Shown here piece after piece: positions 1-8,900 of a stretch of 64,000 nucleotides of DNA (the first letter of the stretch is position 1; every line of letters starts with the position of its first letter). Location: NCBI GenBank assembly GCA_023898625.1, contig CP060231.1:801890-865889 (forward strand), written 5' to 3'. The notes under the pieces are model-generated. The model saw only the letters and a program-made list of their open reading frames with translations. It was not told the origin of the DNA and did no database searches. Made by a program: the position numbers and the translations under genes. Origin of the DNA: Candidatus Nomurabacteria bacterium. GTDB taxonomy: Bacteria; Patescibacteriota; Saccharimonadia; Saccharimonadales; JAGQNJ01.

Positions 1-1
1 T

Positions 2-247
2 AATATCGTACTACCTAGATTACGTGACTTTCATGGTGTTAGTAATAAGGCTTTTGACAAGCAAGGCAACTACAGTATTGGGCTGACAGATCAAACTGTG
101 TTCCCAGAAATTAGCTTTGAAGATTCACCGATTACACATGGATTGCAGGTTGTATGTGTAATTAAGTCTGAAAAAGCAGAAGATTCTAAGGCGTTGTTAG
201 TAAAGTTTGGGATGCCTTTTGAAAAGTCAAATAAGGAGACGAAATAA
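2..247 (+). CDS. rplE: 50S ribosomal protein L5, C-terminal part (5' end lies outside the window)
   Basis: Open frame from the window edge translating [40 protein letters not shown].... The TAA stop at 245-247 overlaps the rpsN ATG. It sits upstream of S14-S8-L6. Confidence 0.9.
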   Translation, partial: NIVLPRLRDFHGVSNKAFDKQGNYSIGLTDQTVFPEISFEDSPITHGLQVVCVIKSEKAEDSKALLVKFGMPFEKSNKETK

Positions 248-516
248 TGGCTAAGAAATCAATCGTTGCACGTGATAAAAAACGACAAGAAATGATCAAA
301 AAATATGCTTCAAAACGTGAAGCCCTTAAAGCAAGTGGAGATTTTGACGCCCTACATAAGTTACCACGAAATTCATCACCTACTCGTTGGAAGAATCGCT
401 GTTCGGAGACTGGTCGACCCCGAAGCTACATGCGAACATTTGGATTGAGTAGAATTTCATTCAGAGAACACGCATCAAAGGGTGAGATTCCTGGCGTAAC
501 AAAGGCGAGTTGGTAA
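247..516 (+). CDS. rpsN: 30S ribosomal protein S14 (long, Cys-free form)
   Basis: 89-aa [17 protein letters not shown]...[18 protein letters not shown]...W, in the spc operon position. Confidence 0.95.
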   Translation: MAKKSIVARDKKRQEMIKKYASKREALKASGDFDALHKLPRNSSPTRWKNRCSETGRPRSYMRTFGLSRISFREHASKGEIPGVTKASW

Positions 517-525
517 GGAGTAAAT

Positions 526-921
526 ATGGTTTCAACAGACCCAATAGCAGATATGTTAACAAGAATTCGTAATGCAATTTTAGTTCGAAAAAACGAGATA
601 GAATTGCCATATTCTAAAATTAAAGAATCTGTTGCGAAACTTCTTGTTGATAACAACTTTATAAGTAGTGTTAAAGCAGACGGAGACGGAATAGATAAGA
701 AATTAATCTTGATAATTAATCCAGCTGGCACTAACGCAAATATTACTGAAATTCAACGTTTGAGTACTCCTGGTCGCCGACACTACGTAAATGTTAAGAA
801 TATTCCTGTGGTCAAGAATGGTCGTGGAATTGTAATAATTTCAACCTCGCAAGGTTTAATGACAGGTCAGGACGCTAGGGCTAAACACCTTGGTGGAGAG
901 CTTGTTTGTAAGGTTTATTAA
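526..921 (+). CDS. rpsH: 30S ribosomal protein S8
   Basis: 131 aa with the DPIADMLTRIRNA N-terminus typical of S8; operon context. Confidence 0.95.
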   Translation: MVSTDPIADMLTRIRNAILVRKNEIELPYSKIKESVAKLLVDNNFISSVKADGDGIDKKLILIINPAGTNANITEIQRLSTPGRRHYVNVKNIPVVKNGRGIVIISTSQGLMTGQDARAKHLGGELVCKVY

Positions 922-1025
922 TGAATTCAGCACTCTTTATATTGTTAGGTGGTTTGCTGTCTGCAATAGCATTGGGTGTATCAATATGGAATATAGGAAA
1001 GAATAAGAAAGGAAAGAAGTTATGA
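921..1025 (+). CDS. Putative 34-aa single-pass membrane micropeptide (MNSALFILLGGLLSAIALGVSIWNIGKNKKGKKL)
   Basis: Not in the ORF track because it is under 60 aa. Its ATG overlaps the rpsH stop (TAATG at 919-923) and its TGA overlaps the rplF start (ATGA at 1022-1025). It therefore fills the whole rpsH-rplF gap. The peptide has a hydrophobic helix followed by a Lys-rich tail. Confidence 0.45.
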   Translation: MNSALFILLGGLLSAIALGVSIWNIGKNKKGKKL

Positions 1026-1561
1026 GTCGAATAGGAAAACGACCAATCAAGCTCCCAGCTGGTGTGACAATTACTGTCGATGACAATTTCATAACAGCCA
1101 AAGGGCCTAAAGGTGAATTGCAACAATTCACAATGCCCGGAATTACTGTTGCAGTTGATGGCGATATCGTAAACGTCACGCGCAAAGATGACGAAGCAAT
1201 CCATCGTGCAAAGCATGGTTTGATGAGGTCGCTGGTTAATAATATGGTTACTGGAGTAACCGAAGGGTTCAGCAAAAAGCTAGAGCTTCATGGTGTGGGT
1301 TTTAGAGTAGCGCTGGCTGGAAATCAGCTAAAAATGAACTTGGGCTTTTCACACGAAGTAATATATACACTACCAGAAGGTATTTCAGCAAAAGTCGAGC
1401 AGAATACAATTACAATTTCAGGTATTTCAAAACAACAGGTTGGGCAAGTTTCAGCAGAAATCCGCGCACTAAAGAAACCAGAGCCATACAAAGGTAAAGG
1501 TATCCGTTATGAGGGTGAACATATCATCCGTAAGAGTGGAAAGTCAGGAAAGGATAAGTAG
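1022..1561 (+). CDS. rplF: 50S ribosomal protein L6
   Basis: 179 aa MSRIGKRPIKLPAGV...; operon order. Confidence 0.95.
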   Translation: MSRIGKRPIKLPAGVTITVDDNFITAKGPKGELQQFTMPGITVAVDGDIVNVTRKDDEAIHRAKHGLMRSLVNNMVTGVTEGFSKKLELHGVGFRVALAGNQLKMNLGFSHEVIYTLPEGISAKVEQNTITISGISKQQVGQVSAEIRALKKPEPYKGKGIRYEGEHIIRKSGKSGKDK

Positions 1562-1562
1562 T

Positions 1563-1919
1563 ATGAATCGTCTAGCAAAAACATCTCAGAATTTAGTACG
1601 ACGCAAGAATCGTATCCGACACAACATAAGTGGTACTGCTGATCGACCAAGACTGACTGTATTTATTAGTAATCAACATGTCAGTGCCCAGGTTATTGAC
1701 GATACTACACACAATACGCTGGTTTATGTGACAACTGTAGGCAGTAAATCTGCCAAAGGTAATTTAACGTCTAAAGCAGAATTTGTCGGATCAGAAATAG
1801 CCAAGAAATGTAAGTCAAAGAAAATTAATAAAGTCGTGTTCGATAGAAATGGACGACTGTATCATGGTCGAATTAAGGCGTTAGCCGAAAAAGCCCGAGA
1901 AGGCGGATTGGAGTTTTAA
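1563..1919 (+). CDS. rplR: 50S ribosomal protein L18
   Basis: Start trimmed to the ATG at 1563 (MNRLAKTSQNLVRRKNRIRH...), directly after the rplF stop. The C-terminus reads YHGRIKALAEKAREGGLEF. Confidence 0.93.
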   Translation: MNRLAKTSQNLVRRKNRIRHNISGTADRPRLTVFISNQHVSAQVIDDTTHNTLVYVTTVGSKSAKGNLTSKAEFVGSEIAKKCKSKKINKVVFDRNGRLYHGRIKALAEKAREGGLEF

Positions 1920-1920
1920 T

Positions 1921-2487
1921 ATGGCAGAACGTAATACAAGCACAAATCCAAGGCAAGTTCAGACCGAGCAAGACCCAAATCAATTAGACGAAAGAATGGT
2001 TCATATTGATCGCGTTGCTCGCGTAGTTAAGGGTGGTCGTCGATTTAGGTTTCGAGCATTAGTAATAGTCGGTGATCATAAGGGTAGAGTTGGTGCTGGA
2101 GTATCAAAAGGTCAGGATGTAACTACGGCAGTATCTAAGGCTACAGATGTCGCCAAAAAGAACATGGTTAAAATTTCACTATATAAAGACACTATTCCAC
2201 ATGAGACAGAGGCCAAAGTATCCGGAGCTAAGATTTTATTGAAGCCAGCCAGCCCTGGTACTGGTTTGATTGCTGGGGGAGTTGTCCGAACCGTATTAGA
2301 GGTAGCCGGAATTGGAAACGCTTTATCTAAATCGCTAGGTTCTTCAAACAAAATCAATATCGCTTATGCTACTATTGATGCTCTAAAGAATATGGAACCT
2401 GCCAGTAAGTGGGTCACCAAGAAAGATTCACCGACAAAGAAATCTACGGCAAAGACAACAACTAAGTCAAAGTCGGAGGATAAATAA
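1921..2487 (+). CDS. rpsE: 30S ribosomal protein S5 (with Lys/Thr-rich C-terminal tail)
   Basis: 188 aa containing VVKGGRRFRFRALVIVGD and KILLKPASPGTGLIAGG motifs. Confidence 0.95.
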   Translation: MAERNTSTNPRQVQTEQDPNQLDERMVHIDRVARVVKGGRRFRFRALVIVGDHKGRVGAGVSKGQDVTTAVSKATDVAKKNMVKISLYKDTIPHETEAKVSGAKILLKPASPGTGLIAGGVVRTVLEVAGIGNALSKSLGSSNKINIAYATIDALKNMEPASKWVTKKDSPTKKSTAKTTTKSKSEDK

Positions 2488-2488
2488 G

Positions 2489-2956
2489 ATGAAGTTTAAT
2501 CAGTTACAAACAGCGAAGTCAAAATCAATCACTCGTGTAGGGCGTGGTATTTCTGCTGGTAAAGGAAAGACAGCAGGGCGTGGCACCAAAGGCCAAAATT
2601 CTCGAACAGGTGGTGGTGTGCGACCAGGATTTGAGGGTGGTCAAAATCCATTAGCTCAAAGATTACCAAAGCTTCCAGGGTTTAAGTCCAAAACACCAAA
2701 GGCTGAGAACGTATACACTGGACAACTAGATAGTTTAGGGGCTAACATAGATAATTTTAAACTTGCACAAGCAGGTATTGTCACTAATCCATATACTAGA
2801 GTTAAGTTGATATTAAAAGGTGATGTTACAAAGAAAACGACTATTAAGGTGCAATCTGCAAGCAAATCAGCAGTTAAGGCCGTTGAAAAAGCTGGCGGTA
2901 AGGTAGAGATTATTGAGCGCCAAAAAAGACAAAAGCAAGAAAAAACAACAAAATAA
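2489..2956 (+). CDS. rplO: 50S ribosomal protein L15
   Basis: 155 aa with the Gly/Lys/Arg-rich N-terminus GRGISAGKGKTAGRGTKGQ. It starts 2 nt after the rpsE stop, leaving no room for rpmD (L30). Confidence 0.95.
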   Translation: MKFNQLQTAKSKSITRVGRGISAGKGKTAGRGTKGQNSRTGGGVRPGFEGGQNPLAQRLPKLPGFKSKTPKAENVYTGQLDSLGANIDNFKLAQAGIVTNPYTRVKLILKGDVTKKTTIKVQSASKSAVKAVEKAGGKVEIIERQKRQKQEKTTK

Positions 2957-3013
2957 GTTTTTATTCTGACAATTTATAGATACAATAAGATTAATGAGAG
3001 GGAATAGTCGTTA

Positions 3014-4519
3014 ATGAACTGGAAAATCATCCTTAAATCATTCACAAACAATGATATGCGAAAAAAGATATTTGCTGTCGTTGGAATGATTGTAATTTTT
3101 AGGATTTTGGCACATATACCTATTCCAATTGCTAATGGTGAAACTTTACAGCAAATTCTTGAAACACTTTTTAATTCCACTCAATCTTCACAGTTGTTAG
3201 GATTTATGGATGTTCTTTCGGGCGGGGCATTAGCTAATTTTTCAATAATGCTTGTAGGTTTGGGTCCGTTCATTAATGCCTCGATTATTATGCAGTTGCT
3301 AACAAGAGCAATTCCAAAGCTCGAAGCTCTGAATAAAGAAGGTGAATTTGGGCGAAAAAAAATAAATCAATACACAAGAGTATTGGCACTACCGCTTGCT
3401 ATAATTCAGTCAATAGGCTCAATATATTTGGTACGTCAAACAGCATCTAGTATTGGTGGCTTAGGCGATATCACGGCCAATGCTAGTTTTTCTCAATGGG
3501 TTTTGATGGTTTCCGCGCTTGCTGGAGGTGCAATGCTGTTGATGTGGCTAGGAGAGTTGATTACCGAACAAAATATCGGTAACGGTATTTCGTTAATTAT
3601 TACGATAGGTATCGTTAGTCAACTTCCAACAACCGGGATTAATTTATTAAATAGTGTTATCCAAGATGAAAAGAAATGGACCATTTTCGGTAAACAACTT
3701 CCAATTGATGAAAAGGCATTTTGGCTTAGTCTATTAATAATCTCGATAATTGTTATCACAACGATACTAGTGGTTAAACTAAATGAAGCTGCCAGAAACC
3801 TAACGGTTAACTATGCCAAACGTGTGCAAGGAAACAGAATTTATGGAGGAGTTACAACCATACTTCCGGTAAAATTAATAACAGCAGGTGTTATTCCAAT
3901 AATCTTTGCCGTAGCATTCTTGAGCGTACCTAGCTTTTTAGGACAAATCTTTTCCAATTCATCAAGTGATCGTTTGAAAGAAATTGGAACACACTTAGTT
4001 CAACTATTTCAACCACCAAGCCCTCAGACATTTGCTACGGGAGGCTGGCAACCTTATGTTTACCCCATAGTCTATTTCTTGTTAGTATTTATCTTTACAT
4101 TCTTTTATACATCGATTGCGTTTAACTCCAAAGAAATAGCTGAGAATCTCCAACAACAGGGTGGATTCATTGAAGGCGTAAGATCCGGAAATCAAACAGA
4201 GAAATATCTAAATAAGGTGATGAATAGATTGACGTTGTTTGGGGCTATAGCTCTTGGACTTTTGGCGGTTATGCCAATAATCGCTCAGGCATTTTTAGGT
4301 GCCAATATTTCATTAGGTGGAACCAGCTTGTTGATTTTGGTTGCTGTATCCTTAGAAACACTACGAATGCTCGAATCACAAGCCTTGATGTTAACATATG
4401 ATCAGTACGATCAACCCGATTATTTGTACAAATCATCAGAAACTTTATCAAAGAAACAAAATAGAATAAAGGTTATATCTAAACTTGCATTACCCAAAGG
4501 TAAGAAAAAAACTAAATAA
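3014..4519 (+). CDS. secY: Preprotein translocase subunit SecY
   Basis: 501 aa polytopic protein with GPFINASIIMQLL and GNGISLII motifs; follows rplO. Confidence 0.95.
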   Translation: MNWKIILKSFTNNDMRKKIFAVVGMIVIFRILAHIPIPIANGETLQQILETLFNSTQSSQLLGFMDVLSGGALANFSIMLVGLGPFINASIIMQLLTRAIPKLEALNKEGEFGRKKINQYTRVLALPLAIIQSIGSIYLVRQTASSIGGLGDITANASFSQWVLMVSALAGGAMLLMWLGELITEQNIGNGISLIITIGIVSQLPTTGINLLNSVIQDEKKWTIFGKQLPIDEKAFWLSLLIISIIVITTILVVKLNEAARNLTVNYAKRVQGNRIYGGVTTILPVKLITAGVIPIIFAVAFLSVPSFLGQIFSNSSSDRLKEIGTHLVQLFQPPSPQTFATGGWQPYVYPIVYFLLVFIFTFFYTSIAFNSKEIAENLQQQGGFIEGVRSGNQTEKYLNKVMNRLTLFGAIALGLLAVMPIIAQAFLGANISLGGTSLLILVAVSLETLRMLESQALMLTYDQYDQPDYLYKSSETLSKKQNRIKVISKLALPKGKKKTK

Positions 4520-4572
4520 GTAACGTCTTATTAGGCTAAAGAAGTGGGATTAGCTAGATATTTATTTCCCCC

Positions 4573-5722
4573 TGCATAAGTTCAGAAACATATTGGACTC
4601 CTGAAGGCTAGCGATAGCTAGCTGGGAAGGAGTCTTTTTATGCAACAGATATATACTGAATCATTCTTGAGGGGTTATGCTCGTAAGACTATGAGATCTA
4701 TACAAGACATAACCCAACACCCATATAAACATGTAATTGAGCAAAGACTCAAGATAATTCAGTTCTATGATGATTTCGGGGAACAAGCCACCAGACAAGC
4801 TTTTAGCGTAAGTAGGAGCACTGTGTTCAGCTGGAAGAGGCGTCTAAAGGATAACAATGGCTCACTCAGATGTTTAGCTCCAAAGAGCACTGCACCAAAA
4901 CACAAACGCAAGCGAATGGTAGATATGCGTATTACTAACTTTATTCTAGAACAAAGAAGCTTACACCCTAAGCTAAGTAAAGATAAGCTAGCCGTATTAC
5001 TCAAAGATGAGTGTACAGCTTGGAATCTAAAACCACCTTCGGCATCTACCGTAGGTAGAATCCTCAAAGACCTTAAGTTTCAAGGCCTATTACCAAAATA
5101 TACCAGGTTAACCGTTTCAGGTGCTACCGGCAAACTACTTGAGAAACAAAGTCGTAAGCCAAGACTCAATAAACAACGCAGGAATGGTTATCAGCCTGAG
5201 CAACCAGGAGATATGCTACAGATAGACACTATTGTTAAGTTTATAAACGGTATACGCCGTTATGTACTTACAGCAGTAGATTACAAAGGTAGATTCGGCT
5301 TTGCCTATGGCTATACTAGCCCCAGTAGTACCAACGCAGCAGACTTCCTGAACAAACTGCAAGCTGTTACCCCATTTGAGATCAGACGAGTGCATCATGA
5401 CAATGGTAGTGAGTTCTACAAACACTTCATAAGAGCCTGTGATGAACGAAACATTGAACAGCTCTGGAACTATCCCAAAAGACCTAAGAATAACGGAATG
5501 GTTGAAAGATTTAACCGTAGCATCCAAGAAGAGTTTATAGACTGGAACCTAGATAATCTAGCCTATGACCTTGAGGATTTCAATAATTCATTGATGGACT
5601 GGTGTATATGGTATAACACAAAAAGACCACATTATGGACTTGGTTTAAAAAGTCCAATGCAGTACTTACTAGAAGTGTTACAATTAAGCCAACAGGAGTC
5701 CAGAATGTTATGGACGGATACA
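4573..5722 (+). mobile_element. IS481-family insertion sequence (about 1.15 kb) with imperfect terminal inverted repeats and a 5-bp CCCCC direct repeat
   Basis: The left end is TGCATAAGTTCAGAAACATATTGGACTCCTG (4573-4603). The reverse complement of the right end is TGTATCCGTCCATAACATTCTGGACTCCTG (5693-5722). The inner 10 nt TGGACTCCTG are identical. CCCCC flanks both ends directly (4568-4572 and 5723-5727). Confidence 0.75.
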
Positions 5723-5746
5723 CCCCCTTTCATTCCCCAACCATAA
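4640..5746 (+). CDS. IS481-family DDE transposase (HTH plus rve integrase core)
   Basis: 368 aa. The DDE triad candidates are LQIDT, HHDNGSEF and NGMVERFNRSIQEEF, plus the YNTKRPHYGLG motif. The ORF reads through the right IR and stops 24 nt beyond it. Confidence 0.85.
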   Translation: MQQIYTESFLRGYARKTMRSIQDITQHPYKHVIEQRLKIIQFYDDFGEQATRQAFSVSRSTVFSWKRRLKDNNGSLRCLAPKSTAPKHKRKRMVDMRITNFILEQRSLHPKLSKDKLAVLLKDECTAWNLKPPSASTVGRILKDLKFQGLLPKYTRLTVSGATGKLLEKQSRKPRLNKQRRNGYQPEQPGDMLQIDTIVKFINGIRRYVLTAVDYKGRFGFAYGYTSPSSTNAADFLNKLQAVTPFEIRRVHHDNGSEFYKHFIRACDERNIEQLWNYPKRPKNNGMVERFNRSIQEEFIDWNLDNLAYDLEDFNNSLMDWCIWYNTKRPHYGLGLKSPMQYLLEVLQLSQQESRMLWTDTPPFIPQP

Positions 5747-5993
5747 CCAGTACAATATTACTCAGTACATTAAGTAGTTGAGTGGTACCAACAAGTCGTA
5801 GTTAATAACAGACTTATATCAAATCCTGCACTTACCTATTCTGCCTAAACAAAGTTAGTATTAGTCACATAGTATAGGCTAAGTATCAATAAGCTATACG
5901 ACATAATTCATCAACACCCCATCTCAACAACCAACAAATTAGTAGTACCTAAAATAGCAACTAATTTAGATAAATACCAAATCATTCATTAAT

Positions 5994-8900
5994 ATGAAAC
6001 TAAACCCCAAAGCCCTACTATCCAAACTACCACTACCTTTCTGGGCTTCCTTCTATCTATTTCTCATCATACTTACCATACCAGTACTAGCTTATATAGG
6101 CACACTCAGTAAAGCAGATCCCGGAACCCTAACAGTAACCATCAATCAAAAAACAGGCACAACAGACCCCAATCCTTCTTATACATCAGTATTCACTGTA
6201 GTATTCAATGAAGCCATAAACAGTAACACCTTCACCAACACAGACATTACTCTAGGTGGTACCGCACCAGGGCAAACTATCCAATCTATTACTGAAGCTG
6301 GAGCCTTCAACAAAACCACCTACGAAGTCCGAATCCAAGCCACCGGAGCTGGAACCATCATCCCAACCATAGCCCAAGAACTCATCACTGCCCAAAGCAA
6401 CAACACTAACACCAACCAAGCCTCTAGCTCATCAGACAATACAGTTACCTATGATGGAACCTATGCACCGAATGAATTTGTTACCACCTGGAAGACAGAC
6501 AACCCAGGAATAAGTGCCAGTAATCAAATAACTATACCTACACATTGGACTGGAGGATACAACTACAACGTAGACTGGGGAGACTCTACCACTAGCTCTA
6601 ACCAAACCGGAGACTCCACCCATACTTACTCAACACCAGGAACATACACCGTAAAAATATCCGGAACATTTCCTAGAATACATTTTGGAAAAGGTGTTTC
6701 AGATTATATAAAAATCTTAACTGTAGAGCAGTGGGGTTCAAACCCTTGGACTTCAATGAACGAGTCATTTTACTTCCCATATAATCTAACCATCCCTGCT
6801 ATAGATGCTCCGAACTTATCCAATGTAACTGATATGAGTTCTATGTTCTCGAAGGCAACTTCACTAAATCAATCACTTAATCATTGGGATGTAGGTAACA
6901 TAACTAATATGAGTAGAATGTTTAATGAGGCAAGTACATTTAACCAATCTTTGAACAATTGGAACACATCAAATGTGACAAATATTTCTGGAATGTTTGC
7001 ATACGCCACTTCTTTTAATGGTCTTATAAATGATTGGACCACATCAAACGTAACTGATATGTCTGGAGTGTTTGTAGGCGCTACAATCTTCAATCAGCCA
7101 CTAAACAATTGGGATACCAGTAGTGTAACCGACATGAGTTGGATGTTTTATCAAGCGACTTCTTTCAATCAATCTTTGAGCAATTGGAATACATCAAATG
7201 TGACAAAATTAAATATAATGTTCACCGAAGCGGCAGCTTTCAATCAGCCACTAAATAACTGGAATGTCGTTAATGTACTTGATTTATCAAATCTATTTGC
7301 TCGAGCGACTTCATTCAATCAACCTTTGAATAATTGGAATACCAGTAATGTTACGAATATGTCTGGACTGTTTGCGGGCGCTGCATCATTCAATCAACCT
7401 TTGAATAATTGGAATACCAGTAATGTTACGAATATGTCTGGACTGTTTGTGGGCGCTACGTCGTTTAACCAGCCACTTAGCGGCTGGGACTTGAATAGTG
7501 TGACAAATATGACGATGATGTTTTCTAGTACTTCAATTCAAGTTGCGCCTGGAGTAACATTATCTCCTTCCGGCCTCTCCACCACCAACTATGACTCTAC
7601 CCTAGCCGGTTGGTCATCCCAATCATTACAAAGTGGTGTCACCTTTGATGCCGGCACTAGCAAATACTGTAACTCTGAAACCCAAAGGCAAAGTATAATA
7701 ACCAATCACTCATGGACTATTAACGATGGTGGTAAAGATTGTAGTTCTATTGGCTCAACTGAATTCATTACTACCTGGAAGACAGACAACTCAGGAGTAA
7801 GCGGAAGCAATCAAATAACTGTTCCTACCTTTTCAGGAGAAACCTACAACTACAACGTAGACTGGGGAGACTCTACCACTAGCTCTAACCAAACCGGAGA
7901 CTCCACTCATACTTACTCAACACCAGGAACCTACACAGTCAAGATAACTGGAACCTTTCCTAGAATATATTTCGATGGAACAACCGATCACGATAAGATC
8001 CTAACAGTTGAACAATGGGGAACTAACCCTTGGACATCCATGAATGGTGCATTTTCGGGCGCATCCAACATCACAATCCCTGCAACTGACGCACCAGATT
8101 TATCCGGTGTGACTGATATGAACGGCATGCTCCAGGGGGTAAGTACCTTTAATAGTAATATAAACAACTGGGATGTCAGCAACGTAACTAATATGGGGAG
8201 TATGTTTGCGGGAACAACAAATTTCAACCAACCTCTCAACAGCTGGGATGTCAGCAATGTAACAGCAATGGATGGAATGTTTTTCGGGGCAACGTCTTTT
8301 AACCAAAATATTGACAGTTGGGACGTTAGTTCAGTAATTAATATGAGCGGTATGTTTTCTGGGGCAAGCGATTTCAATCAGCCCTTAAATAGCTGGGATG
8401 TCAGCTCGGTAGAAAATATGACAGGAATGTTTGGCGGTGCACTAGATTTTAACCAACCTCTAAATAATTGGAATACTGAGAATGTAACAGAAATGGTGGG
8501 AATGTTTGCTAGCGCAACTTCTTTTAATCAGTCTCTAGATTCATGGGATGTAGGTAATGTAACATTAATGAATTACATGTTTGGTAATGCTAATGGATAC
8601 TTAGAGCAAGCTTTTGCAGGTGTTCCATATGAAGATTGGCCAGCAATGTTCCAAGCATTATACAATCTTCCGATGTCAGGCTTATCAACCGCTAATTATG
8701 ATGACACTCTCATCTCATGGGCACAGCAAACAGTTCAACAAGGAGTAGTATTTGGTGGTGGAACGAGTAAGTATTGTTTGTCGGAGACTTATAGACAAGC
8801 ATTAATTAGTAACGATTCGTGGTCTATAACTGATGCCGGCAAAGATTGCCAAGGAGTGTCACTAGATAAGCCTCAAAACTTATCAGGCACGCCTTTTACT

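Noticed and set aside
7312-7461. Regularly spaced direct repeats that might be mistaken for a CRISPR array or a minisatellite.
   Set aside because: The repeats are contiguous with no unique spacers and are in frame. They encode consecutive 25-aa LRR units of the giant protein. No cas genes are present.
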